Source of the DNA: Octopus sinensis
Lineage: Eukaryota
Direction of reading: 5' to 3'
Assembly: GCF_006345805.1 (NCBI RefSeq)
Contig: NC_043002.1
Coordinates: forward strand, 31,434,001 to 31,498,000
DNA length: 64,000 bases
The position numbers and the translations under genes were made by a program. The notes under the pieces are model-generated. The model was not told the origin of the DNA and did no database searches. It saw nothing but the letters and a program-made list of their open reading frames with translations. Shown here piece by piece: positions 45,276 to 58,297 of the stretch (position 1 is its first letter; each line of letters starts with the position of its first letter).

Positions 45276-45307
45276 ATTTTGTTGAATTTTCTGCTGCTTA
45301 AAATAAA

Positions 45308-45342
<35 letters not shown>

Positions 45343-45456
45343 CTTTTACTTGTTTTACTTATTAGACTGCAGGCACGCAAGGGCACCGCTTTAAAGATCT
45401 TTAGTCACACGTTTCGAACCCATTATTTATATTTAGTTCCAGCCAGTTACTTAATC

Positions 45457-45784
45457 TGTGAAGGCACATGACTCATTGATTAGAGTGTTGATCTTACGAC
45501 CGTGAGGTTGTGAGTTCGAATTCCGGACAGGGCTGCGTGTTGTGTTCTTGAGCAAGACACATTATTTCCCGTTGTTCCAGTTCACTCAGCAGTAGAAATG
45601 AGTTGCGGCGTCGCACGTGCCAAGCTGTATCGGTCTTTGCCTTTCCCTTGGATAACATCAGTGGTGTGGAGAGGGAAGGCTAGTATGCATGGGTGACTGT
45701 TGATCTTCCATAACAACCTTGTCCGGAATTGTGCCTAACTTTTTAGGTGCAATCCCATGGTCATTCGTGACCGAAGGGGGTCTC
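45457..45784 (+). mobile_element. tRNA-derived SINE, family C, near full length
   Basis: TGTGAAGGCACATG...TTAGAGTG...GAGTTCGAATTCCGG head, body ending ATGGTCATTCGTGACCGAAGGGGGTC. Confidence 0.8.
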
Positions 45785-46029
45785 CGGTACATAATCTAGC
45801 GGTCTCATTTGCCAGATCGCTAAGTTACGGAGATGTAAACAAGTCACAGTTTGGTAGCCACTATTAGTGTGTTTACGTTCCCGTAACATAAGAAGTTCAA
45901 CATAACCAACTGATATAAGTACCAGGCTTGAAATCAATAAGAACTGGGGATCGATTTCGTCGATAAACTTCTTCAAGGCAGTGATCCATCACATACACGG
46001 TTCAATGAGTGAAACTAGTAAAATAATAT

Positions 46030-46168
46030 AGGAATGGCTCTGTGGCAAGAAGCTTGCTTCTAAGCCACATGGTTCTGGGCTCAGTCCCACTGCGTGGCAC
46101 CTTAGACAAGTTTCTTCTACTATAGCCTCGAGTCGATCAAAGTCTTGTAAGTGTATTTGGTAGACAGA
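46030..46168 (+). mobile_element. SINE family A head
   Basis: AGGAATGGCTCTGTGGCAAGAAGCTTGCTTC...TCAGTCCCACTGCGTGGCACCTT...GTATTTGGTAGAC. Confidence 0.8.
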
Positions 46169-46277
46169 AATATATATATATATGTATATATATATTATAT
46201 ATATATATTATATATATATTATATATATATATATACACATATACATACACATGTATGTATATATATATATATATACA

Positions 46278-46351
<74 letters not shown>

Positions 46352-46389
46352 TATGTATATATATATCTATATATATATATATTTATATT

Positions 46390-46434
<45 letters not shown>

Positions 46435-46470
46435 TATATATATACATATGCTTATATATACATATATAAT

Positions 46471-46502
<32 letters not shown>

Positions 46503-46564
46503 TTTGTAAAAAATGAAGTTCGAAAATGCTGCTATATTATCCAATTTTTAATTTTTTATATATA

Positions 46565-46610
46565 CATTATAACATGTTTCAGTTCCTGAAATGAACCTTA
46601 TCAAAAAAAG
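46565..46610 (-). ncRNA. Hammerhead-like motif with U3:A8 core covariation
   Basis: UUGAUAA-GGUUC(AUUUCAG)GAACU-GAAAC-AU-GUU; palindromic AACAUGUU; imperfect A/U-rich stem I. Confidence 0.55.
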
Positions 46611-47015
46611 TTATATATAAAAAAAGACAGCTCATGCCGTCAAACATAAGAAATTCATTTACAATACACAACGGAGTCAGACATCTTAAAGTTCAAATAT
46701 AGTTTGAAGTAAGTTCATTCATGCTATATATTCAAAGTGTTCGATGCAGTGGCCCACGGTGGCGATACGTATTCAATACAAAAAACAGATCAAAGTGGTG
46801 GAAAGCAGTCAATATAGAAGATTGATGTTCCCGAAAGAGCGAGAAATCCATTTTTACCTTGAGCATTTGTGATGACCCATGGTGGGTGTTCGCTGGGTGA
46901 TTTCGGCATGGTGGTGTCTCTCAGACACCACCCTTATTTTTAGTTGTGTGTATATATATATATATAATATATATATATATATATACATATATACATATAT
47001 ACATATATAATTATA

Positions 47016-47087
<72 letters not shown>

Positions 47088-47289
47088 TGAAAAGGGAGAA
47101 ACAAATTGAGTTTGTTCATCAATTTTCAGTTATTATAATGTTAGATTATTTATTCATTTAACAAAATGAGAACCTCAATAGCATACATATATATCTTATA
47201 ATTCAATACATATAAGATAAGAATACAAATTATAAAAGTCATAATATAAATTATTAAAATCATTAATATCACTTCTTACAGCTGTTTCA

Positions 47290-47387
47290 AAGCAAAGTCG
47301 ACCTCGGCGGAATTTGAAGTCAGAACGTAGCGGCAGACGAAATACTGCTAAGCATTACGCCCGCCGTGCTAACGGTTCTGCCAGCTC
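47290..47387 (-). mobile_element. SINE family B head
   Basis: Reverse complement of the family B head. Confidence 0.8.
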
Positions 47388-49270
47388 AGCATGACAAATA
47401 TCGATCAGCTTTAACATTGAAATTTGATCCCAAGGGTTGCCATCGGGTTCCGTTCCTTTCAAATTCGTAGCAACGTGCAATATACCGAGTGATGTTCGCC
47501 TTTCCATAGGAGAATTTCAAACATACATAATACCGCGAGCGGATGTTTCTATGTTTTGCTTTCTTTTATATTTACTTACTTATATCTCTTAATAACGTGA
47601 GAATTAAATTAGCAAAACAAGCGATTCAACGAACCATTTTAACTAATGAAAATTACTGCCTTCCTTTCAAAAAACCATTCAGCAACAACGTATTCCCGAT
47701 TTACTCTATTTCAATATCAATTTTGTTACTTTTCGTTAATATTGTCTGGCATTTCATGAAATTTATAAAAATAAAATGTCTACAGTTTCATTTCAGATTA
47801 GAATCTATTAATATACTTATTTTACTTTTCTTCCGGTTTCTCAATTGTATTCCCACTCAGGTCATCCCTTCCTTTCATTTCAATTCATATATAATAAACT
47901 GTAAAACATCTACCACTATCAAGATGACATTGTTACATATATATTTTTTTTTCTCTCAGAAAAGCTTTCTTTTGACTTCTATTTAATCAAAATAAATTAA
48001 ATCAATGAAAAGTATTTGCAATGAAATATTTTAACTAGAAACCAAATTGTGTTTCACTAAACTAATTTTTAATGTTCTATTAGAATACGTTTCTTTGACG
48101 ACATTTCATTCGTCTTTACATACTGATCTCAATTCGCAACGAGTCCGAGTTGGGTTTCATCCCCTTGCGGGGTCGACAAAATATTTACCATTTAAATAAG
48201 TACTAGGGTCGCTGTAATGGACTAGCACCCCCAACCAAAATTTCAGCCCCTGTATGTATTATAGAAAGGATTATAATTCGCTGTTTTGAGCAAGACAGAG
48301 GAGAAACTTTCGAACAATTTTCTGACCATTACTAGGATTGCCTTTTACCAGAAGTCTTTTAGCGTCTAACAATATCCCATTTATCCATTTTCTAAAATAT
48401 GAGTTGTAAACTACTTTAAACTATTGTGTAGAAAGGGATCTATCAATAATCTGGTTGTATTGCTTCAATTCTCAAGAATTTCTTGTTTCACAAAAATGGC
48501 TTTACCACTTTCAAAATTTCAGTACAAATTTAAAACGTATATTTATGATGTGAGCAACATCTAATAATGCAAATTTTAAAATTTCATCTCATTTATTCGT
48601 TTACTATTTCATTTGATAAAATGTCTACATTATTCAGGCTTATCAAAATGAGCCGTTGTTGATTTTGTATATTCGCAGTTGGCTTGTTGTAGAATATGAT
48701 GTATGATAGCAAAATAACTCCTGATATTTTGTCCGAGGCCCCGTTTTTGTACATCCACGGTTTAAATAAAATATATTTCTAACATTAAAACAAGGTCAAA
48801 CATTTATTTGGAGTGGGTGTACAATAGGCCGCATTGTTACTAGTTCTTCTTAGGTACATTGTTTTATCGTTTCCATAAGGATAAAAAGTAGATAACAAAG
48901 ATCGACTTAAACTCGGAGCATAAGAAGCTGTGGCTAAATATTGCGAGGCATTTTCTTTGATATTTTACCGATTCTTTCAGTTCTTTACATTTCTTTTTAT
49001 GTAAAAATATAGACACCCGATCAACTATTTAGGGAAAAAAAAAAAACATTATATTCCATTAAATACGACTCAGTACATGGATAATGCATAATATTAGCGA
49101 AAAGGAATGATGCAAGACAGTGTCGATTTCAGTGGAATTTGAACTCAGAACGTAACAGACGATAAATATATAAACCAAATGATATATCTATCTCGCCAAC
49201 TCACCAATTTTAAGCTGCTGTTTTTATCAAGAGATCTCTAAGTCTTTTACTGTTATTATCTGTGTATGTA

Positions 49271-49478
49271 AAGGCGGTGAGCTGGCAGAATCGTTAAAAC
49301 ACAGGGCAAAATCCTAATCGACATTTCATCCGTCTTTAAGTTCTCAGCTCAAATACCGCCGAAGTCGACTTTGCCTTTCATCCCTTTTAGGGTCGATAAA
49401 ATGAGTACGAGTTGAGAACTGTGGTCGATGTAATAGACTTAGCCTCTCCCATGATCATACTGGCCTTGTTCCAAAATC
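49271..49478 (+). mobile_element. SINE family B
   Basis: AAGGCGGTGAGCTGGCAGAATCGTT...GTCGACTTTGCCTTTCATCC; further decayed copies at about 48130-48270, 49110-49200 and 49939-50147. Confidence 0.85.
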
Positions 49479-51021
49479 TGCGTATTTCCTGATTGTTAAC
49501 CAAGCACTGAAAATATATATTTTTCTGTAACATCTATGTATTTATTGGTGTTTAACGAAGAACACAAGGGTTGTACGTATTTCTCGCTAATATCACTTCA
49601 TTTATTGGTTGTTCAATAGGCAACCAGATGCTGCTTCGAGGAAAATTAATCAGAATATTAACTGATGAATCGCAATGATAACACTTCAATTGGGGATTGA
49701 AACCTCCTTCATTCCCAGATCACATGATGTGGCTTTCTGCACCACAGTATACATGCCCCTACATGTTAATTAATTTTGCATTGAATTCTTCTTATATTTA
49801 GAATTCCGCTGATTTCGAATATTCTATTCGTCCTCCGCAATCGATAAAATAAGTACGAGTCAAGCGGGATGATATAAACTGAGGGTCGCACAACCACAAA
49901 GTTTCAATCCTTTAGTAGAAAGAATTATATCAAATATAAAAGGTGGCGAGCTGGTAAAATCGTTATCGCGTCAGAGAAAATGCTTAGCGACATTTTTTCC
50001 GATATTCTATTCGTTCAAATCCCATCAAGGCTATCTTTGCCTCTCATGCTTTCTGTGTCGACAAAATAAAGTACCACTCAAATATTGAGATTGACGTACT
50101 AGACTACCCTTTCCTGTTCAAACAGCTAAGTTTGTGCCAAAATTTGGAACATCATATTTTGAATTATATGTATATATTGAATCGGTAAATAGACATAAAG
50201 AAAAAGTAAGAATTTTCAGAGAAGAAAATATAATACTCTAAAGAACTCCATTTTTGGTGTCATAAAAATCATATGGCTAACTATTTGCATCTATAAATAT
50301 AAAATGCGCGTCACAATTTTGATGTACTGAATATTTCGAGAAATCGGGTGCGTATAATTTATGCATTGCCATCCTATACGTTTGCTTCTCTTATTTATAC
50401 AAAATTATCTTGGATTAGTTTTGATGTAAATAATTATCTTTCACATACACACTCCTCATTAATTTTGAAGTATAAAATTACGTGTCTTTAATACTAGTTT
50501 ATCCCTTGTATTAGACCTAACTCAAACCTTCGTATTTACATATCACGTGTCAGTTCACTAAAGTTAATATCTCGCCCAGAGAATACGAAATTACATTTTA
50601 CTAAACAAAGCTCATTGTTCGGTTTGTTTGTACAAAACTGTTATGTTTATTTACTATACTTGTTCTATATGACGTCATATTGTGTTTATATAACTTGTAT
50701 TGCGTGTTTACCAGATAATAACTCCACGTTTTTAATTCAGTTCGATATCAGACAATATTTCATCATTGTATAACATTCGTCCATTAATACACAAATGCAC
50801 ACACACACACACGTGCACATATATATATAGATATACAATATATATTATATGCATGTGAATGTAAACACACACACGCATATGTATATACATACATACACAC
50901 ACATACATACATATGTACATATGTATGCATGTGCGAATGTGTGTGTATGTATTTACGAACTTATACTTTTGTACATTTGAAGTTTTATATCATAGACAAA
51001 AATTTGAAGCTTTATATCTAT

Positions 51022-51430
51022 CTTTTACTACCCACAAGGGGCTAAACATAGAGTGGACAAATAAGGACAGACAAACGGATTAAGTCGATTACATCGACCC
51101 CAGTGCGTAACTGGTCCTTAATTTATCGACTCCGAAAGGATGAAAGGCAAAGTCCACCTCGGAGGAATTTGAACTCAGAACGTAGCGGCAGACGAAATAC
51201 CTATTTCTTTATTGCCCACAAGGGGATAAACATAGAGTGGACAAATAAGGACAGACAAACGGATTAAGTCGATTACATCGACCCCAGTGCGTAACTGGTC
51301 CTTAATTTATCGACCCCGAAAGGATGAAAGGCAAAGTCGACCTCGGAGGAATTTGAACTCAGAACGTAGCGGCAGACGAAATACCGCTAGACATTTCGCC
51401 CGGCGTGCTAACGTTTCTGCCAGCTCACCG
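51022..51430 (-). mobile_element. SINE family B with a head-to-tail 184-bp internal duplication
   Basis: CCCACAAGGGG at 51031 and 51215; both units share private variants. Confidence 0.9.
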
Positions 51431-53429
51431 CCATATATCATAGACAAAAATGTTTTTTTATTGTTCCTTTAAAACTTGAAACTGCAATGGTTAGCTGGAA
51501 TGTTGAATTCTGCTGTATGTGACTTCGGAAGTTGTAGATAATATTTGCCTTGAAACTTCAATGAATAACCTGGTTGCCTTTGAAGCACTCATTTACCAAT
51601 GAAATTTTAGGCATATTGAAATACTCCATTAAATTTCTAGTTGCCGAAAGTTCCACAGATTCATCGAAGACTTTCCATGAACTTATTCGTCCTGTCTCTT
51701 CCTACATCGCGCACTATTATATATCTGCAATGTACAAGATGTACAGTTATCCATACTAGCTTTCAACAGTTGTGCTTCAACATAGGTATAACCGTCAATC
51801 ATTCAGGGAATACAGAATGATTCGATCATGAAAACATTTACTTAAGTAAAAAAAAGATGATAAAAGATTACGAAGTATCACAAATATATTTGGAAAATAA
51901 TAAATGTAAATAACAATAATTTTTTCATCAGTGTTACTTGGCTGTTAATTCATACACGAATAACTTGCAAGGGTATTTTAGAAAGTTTAATTGCATTCCA
52001 AGTCTATTGTATACTATTATATAGTTGTGCATGTGTACTCTTTAGAAAATGTCTGGGAGAGAGAGAGAGAAAGAGAAATGGGAAGGAAGAGAGAGAGGAG
52101 AGAGAGGGGGGGATTGATAGAAAGAGAAAGAGCAAGGTAAATAGAAAAAAAACACTTCATTTGAAAGTGCTACTTACTCAGAAGAAATATTGAATTTAAA
52201 GAAAATGTAAAATCTTATTCGTTAAGTTCAAGAAAAGAAGCAGTTACTATTGATAAATGAAGACAACTACTCGGACTTAGGACTCCTAAACCAGAAAGAA
52301 AACATCTGACAAACAAACAAGCAACGATGAACACAAAAATAAGAAATAAGAGAGAGAGAACAATAAAATAATATAAAATAAAATACACCCAATCACAATG
52401 CATTTGTGTAGAACTTTATGGTAACCTCTGTTGTTAATCGTAATACGTGCTTCAGTGGAGCGTAAAAACCACTTAATGGGTGATTAAGAAACACAAGGTA
52501 AAGAGGGCCAATCAGAATTTACATTCAACTAAAATTTACTTTAGTTTACATTGAAGAGGTCTTAAAACATTTTATTATAGTTCGTGTGGAGTTTGCATTA
52601 CATCATGGTTTTCCTTCCTTTTTCTTTTCTGATTTCATTTGAAAATCATTCGGACCAAACTAGTTTCTTCGACTCTGCTCATTGATAACATAGATGAAAC
52701 TTTCTAACAACATCAACAATAGTTACAGCAGTATGATTCTTACACATATGTGCAGAAAAACAAAGCGAGCGTAAATTAGTTCATTTTGGCAAGTTTTCCT
52801 GATTGAACTTCAGTTTTTTTTTTCTTTTAATGTTTAGATAAAGGGAAGTGAAGAGGTTGACTTTCGAGGTCTTCTGTAATTTCCAACTTGTTTGTATGTG
52901 ATTGATTTACTGTTTCACTGTGCAGAGAAGCGCTTATATTAAGGTATAATTCTTGGCTTTTGTGTGTGTGTGGGTATGGGTGCGTGCTAGACGTTGTATA
53001 TTTGAGAGGGTCCTAAATATTTGTGTACTTGTTAAACGAAGCGTCTCAATACCTTTTTTGTAGCGTCATTTTTAAAATAAAAAAAACTCAATGTGTAAGT
53101 GTCTGTGTGTCTATGTTTGTGTCTACTAAGATTGTGTATATATGCATATACAAGTACAGTTTCACATAAATATGTATATATACACACACTAGCACATACA
53201 CAAACACACATACACATAATATAATACAAGCTGCCGATTGATGCCGTTACATATCACATAATGTAAAGGTGCACGCACATGTATGTACATACTGAAACAG
53301 TTTAAATAACAAGGTAAAGGTTTTTATTTTTCATCTACTTCGAAATTTGCTATTAAATTGTGGTATTTGGCCGTGTTGGCTGCTCTTTCTAGCATGTAAA
53401 AATTACCTGTTAAAGGGTAATTTCGATTT

Positions 53430-53480
53430 TGAAATATGTATATATATATAGATATATATATATATATATATGTGTGTGTG

Positions 53481-53573
<93 letters not shown>

Positions 53574-53578
53574 ATATA

Positions 53579-53626
<48 letters not shown>

Positions 53627-53775
53627 TATATGTGTGTGTATATATATATGTATATATATATATATATATATATGTGTGTATATATATATATATGTATTAT
53701 ATATATCATATATGTGTGTGTATATATATAATATGTATATATATATATATATATGTGTGTGTGTATATATATATG

Positions 53776-53824
<49 letters not shown>

Positions 53825-53836
53825 GTGATATATATA

Positions 53837-53900
<64 letters not shown>
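53430..53900. repeat. Long (TA)n/(TG)n microsatellite
   Basis: Direct reading. Confidence 0.95.
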
Positions 53901-53902
<2 letters not shown>

Positions 53903-54417
53903 ATAAAAATAATTCTAGAATAGAATTTATAAATATTCAATATATTGCAACGCGCGTTTCCATAAATCCCATGCTTTTAATGAGTACAGTATAATCCGTA
54001 GCATCCATGGCATCGGTTGATCATTATCATGATTCATTTCATCAGGTGTTACCATAAGAGAATTTAAAAGATATATATATATATACATATACATATATAT
54101 ATATATAATATATATATATATATTATATATATATATATATATGTACATTTATATATGTACATATATGTACACTCACATGTGTGAGTGTGTGTACGTATGT
54201 ATATTAAGCTGAAAAAAATAATTCTTTCTCTTTAGGGGCAGACTAAATAACATTGTTATATTAACGAAATATATAATTGCAAATTTTAGTTTTCATCCAC
54301 CGGCTTTCGGGTTCCCTCACAATACTTAGAACCTTGGTCAGTGTCTTCTTCTGTAGCCCTAGAACGATCAGTGCTCTATGAATGAATTTAGTATTCCGTC
54401 TTATATATATATGTCGA

Positions 54418-54496
54418 GGCACTCCGTCGGTTACGACGACAAGGGTTCCAGCTGATCCGATCAACGGAACAGCCTGCTCGTGAAATTAATGTACAT
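54418..54496 (-). mobile_element. 3' part of a family D SINE split by the CR1 insertion
   Basis: TTAATTTCACGAGCAGGCTGTTCCGTTGATCGGATC...CGTAACCGACGGAGTGCC. Continuity with 56230-56510 rests on my recollection of the family consensus. Confidence 0.7.
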
Positions 54497-56229
54497 GTTA
54501 GTTAGTTAGTTAGTTAGTTAGTTAATTGGCTCAAAAGCAAATAGCAAGACCATGTAGGGGGACATGGAGTTAAGTACAGGGTGGTGTTCATGTAAAGAGT
54601 TCAGGCCACTTGAGGTCCAGGGAGGCTTTGAACAAAGTGGTCGTCGGCATCTTCACCATCTCGTCTGGCAGCTTGTTCCACGGATCCGCAACCCGGACAG
54701 AGAAAGCTCCTCTCCTTCGATTGAGATGAAATCGTCGCAGGTAGAGCTTTTCGGAATGACCCCGCAGCCGACGCTCTGGAGCAGGAGTGAAGAACAGCTC
54801 TTTCGAGAGGTTACACTTTCCGCTTATGATGTTGTGGGCGAGAATGAGATCACCACGGCGGTGGCGTTTTTCAAGAGAATAAAGGTCGAGCGTCCTCAGC
54901 CTTTCTTCGTAGGACAAATTATTGAGACCATGAACCATGCGGGTAGCCAGCTTCTGGACTCTTTCGAGATGCTGTATGTCTTTGAGGAGATAAGGAGAAG
55001 GGGCTTGAATCCCATACTCCAATATGGGTCTCACCAGCGTGACATAGAGTGGTAGGAATATGGCTGCTGTGGGCATTCCGAAAGACCGTCAAATCAAGAA
55101 CAGAATTCCGCGTGCTTTGTTGGCAGCATGGACGCACTGGGCTGAAGGCAAAAAGGAGGAATCCACCAAGATACCCAGGTCCTTTACCTGATCGGTCCTC
55201 TCCAGCAGCAGACGACCCGGCTCGAAATCAAGTTGAGTTGCAGGAGTAGAGCCGACAGGCAGATGACAGCACTTTGACACGTTCAGACACAGGTCCCAAT
55301 CGTTAGACCACTTCCAAATTTGGTGGAGGCATCGACGAAGATCCTCTATATTACCGCGAGGAGCGACCAGTTTGATATCGTCGGCAAATAGAAGGGTGTG
55401 TTGCGTGAGGTCGTCGGGCAAGTCATTTATGAAGACTAAGAACAACAAGGGCCCAAGCACTGAACCTTGAGGCACCCCACTGCTCGCACTGGAGACATCG
55501 GACCGCGAGCCATTAACTTGGACTTGGAAGGAGCGATCTGAGAGGAAGGCACCAACCCATCGTACAATATCCGGATGGAAACTATATGCTTGAAGCTTGA
55601 CAAGTAATAGGCGGTGGTTTACCGAGTCAAAAGCTTTGGAAAAGTCCAATAAAACGATGTCAACAGCATCACTATCATCGAGGATGCGCGTCACCAATTC
55701 TTCTATTACTAGCAAGTTGGTCAAGCATGATCTCTTCGGCACGAAGCCGTGTTGGGAATCAGAGATAGAGGCTGTGTTTAGGAGGTGGAGCATCATACTT
55801 TTCTTAAGGATGGTTTCGAACATCTTGCTGATTATTGATGTAAGGGAAACCGGTCGGTAGTTAAGCGGGTCTTCGCGGCTCCCTTTCTTGAAAATTGGGC
55901 TGATTATCGCTGTTCTCCAGTCTGCAGGTATAACACCCGTCGCCAATGACATATTGAATAGTCGTGTTAAGGGCTCGCAGATGACTGGAGCCAACGCTTT
56001 GATAACCCGTGGGTGTATGCCGTCAGGGCCGTGACCCTTGTTGACATCGAGGCCTTGAATAACACGTTTGACTTCGTCCCGCGTGATGACCAATCGAAGC
56101 ATTGGAGGTACCGATCTAACAAATGGAGGGGGTTCACGACCATCATCATGTTTGAAAATAGTTGAAAAAGCCTCGGCAAATAACTGACTCTGTTGATAAG
56201 GGTCCTCAATCGATACGCCTGTTGAGTCT
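54497..56229 (-). mobile_element. CR1-clade LINE, 5'-truncated, near-intact RT, (TAAC)n tail
   Basis: GPDGIHPR, YRPVSLTS, SQHGF, DFSKAFDSVNH, GVPQGSVLGPLLF, LFADDIKL, LYVTLVRPILEY, LERVQKLATR. One lesion near 55089; tail at 54497-54524. Confidence 0.95.
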
Positions 56230-56510
56230 AGCACTCCACAGACACGTGTACCCTTAACATAATTCTCGGAGAGATTCAGTGTCACACAGAGCATGAGAAG
56301 GCTGGCCCTTCGAAATATAGGTACAACAAAAACAAGAAGAAAGAGTGAGAGAAAATTGTGATAAAAGAGTACGGCAGGGTTCGTCACCACCTCTGCCGGA
56401 TCCTCCTGGAGCTTTAGGTGTTTTAGCTTAATGATAAACACTCACAACGCCCGGTCTGAAATCGAAACCGCGATCCTGCTGCCCTAACCACTAGGCCATT
56501 GCGCCTCCAC
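56230..56510 (-). mobile_element. 5' part (tRNA-like head) of a family D SINE
   Basis: GTGGAGGCGCAATGGCCTAGTGGTTAGGGCAGC...; homologous to the 30566-30370 segment. Confidence 0.85.
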
Positions 56511-56559
56511 TGTATATATATATATATATAATATATATATATAATATATATATATAATA

Positions 56560-56595
<36 letters not shown>

Positions 56596-57028
56596 TGCAT
56601 ATATATACACACACGTATATATTATATATATGGTTGATTGAGTGTATGTGTGGATGTTTGTAAGTGGGTATACGTACCCTATCACGATTTCCCAATGACT
56701 CCGTAACATAACGTCTCACCAAAAGTGATGATATTAGAACCACGCACACACACACAAACACAGACATACACACTGACATACCAAAAGTACAAGCATCCAT
56801 GTTTTCCCGGCAAGGCAGTGGTCAATTATAGTCGCAGTCCAAAACATGACAACGGCCCGCGCAATAAAAAAAAATGGATATGAAAGGAGCGTCATGAAAA
56901 GAATCGTTTCCTTTATATCCGTATGATTTGATGTAGTGCAGTAAATGGCGGGCTTTTAAAGATATTTCAATAAATAACTGGATTGATATTAAAAAATCCT
57001 AACGCTTAACCAGTGTCGTTGTGAAATT

Positions 57029-57226
57029 ACCTATTTCTTTATTACCCACAAGGGGCTAAACACAGAGGGGACAAACAAGGACAGACATAGGTACTTAATT
57101 TATCGACCCCGAAAGGATGAAAGGCAAAGTTGACCTCGGCGGATTTTGAACTCACAACGTAACGGCAGACGAAATACCGCAAAGCATTCCGCCCGGCGTG
57201 CTAACGTTTCTGCCAGCTCACCGCCT
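57029..57226 (-). mobile_element. SINE family B with a 14-bp target-site duplication
   Basis: TGTCGTTGTGAAAT at 57014-57027 and 57230-57243. Confidence 0.9.
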
Positions 57227-57344
57227 TCTTGTCGTTGTGAAATAACCAGTTGCACACTGCGGTCGAAGTACTCAACTATGCTGCTCCCGCCGATAAAATT
57301 TCAAACTTTGTACCTACAGAAGAAAAGATTATTTATTTGGTTCT

Positions 57345-57792
57345 CGTACGCGTGAGACTCGAAGCTACACCTCTTTGTTTTCGCGAAAGGAATGCTACCA
57401 TTACACTAGCGCACAACCTGCTTCATTCGTAGTGTTGTCGTTGTCAACAAATTTTTCATGTGCTTTTACTGCGATGGTTTTTGTTAAGCAGCGTCGATTT
57501 TCACAATTCAGTAAATTATAGTAGTTGTATCTTATAAGTGATCACCGCACAATGACTAATAATAAGACATATAATCCCTCGACGGAAGAAAATAGGTTTT
57601 CCCGTACGCGTGGGACTCGAACCCACACCTCTTTGTTTTCACAAGAACGCTACCATGACTGTTTACAAAAACAATAATACAAACTATATATAGTCCTTAA
57701 ATCTGACGGTATGGAGCAAGTTGTCCGCTAGTGTAATGCTAGCACTCTTGTCGTGAAACCAAAAACGTGTAGGTTCGAGTCCCACGAGTACG
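57345..57792. repeat. Cluster of three tRNA-like units (57345-57412 minus, 57603-57660 minus, 57726-57792 plus)
   Basis: Shared GCTAGTGTAATGGTAGCA...GGTTCGAGTCCCACGCGTACG consensus with homologous flanks. Confidence 0.7.
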
Positions 57793-58297
57793 GGGAAGCC
57801 AATGTCTTTCAACCGTGGGCTTATATGCCCTATTATTAGACAATTTTCTTTAGTGATTGCGTGGTTGTCGCTTTTAAGCTGATAAAATACTACGAGTATT
57901 GTATATGAATATACTTACGTAGTTATTACTCCAACTTCACACAGGATTGCTGTCTCTTATTTATCGATGGTATTTTTGGCTTTTACTCCACCAGCTCTTA
58001 GATAACAACTCAGTCTTGCTCCAGATCTCCATGGTTTAAAAGATAGGCGACAGACGAAAGTTGCAACTAATTGCGCGTTACCAACTGGTTAGGTTTGCAC
58101 GCATTGCCACTTTTCCATAATCACAAGATTTTCCATATATGGAGTGAGAACTAAGGTCTCCCTGAAGATACATCGTTGTATTGTAGTGATAAACGCCTGT
58201 TTCTGTGTTTAGCATCAAGTGACAGACCAAATTGGCATGATTAGCAATCACGTGAATCTTTACATCCGTGTCCCTCTCTCAGATAGTGGTCCCTCAC

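Larger units (their letters stand above)
43917..45308. repeat. Large inverted repeat (arms 43917-44541 and 44690-45308, 148-bp spacer)
   Basis: Arms are near-identical reverse complements differing mainly in homopolymer and microsatellite length. Confidence 0.95.

Noticed and set aside
51590-51730. Possible minus-strand exon with AG/GT borders
   Set aside because: Stops in all three frames.
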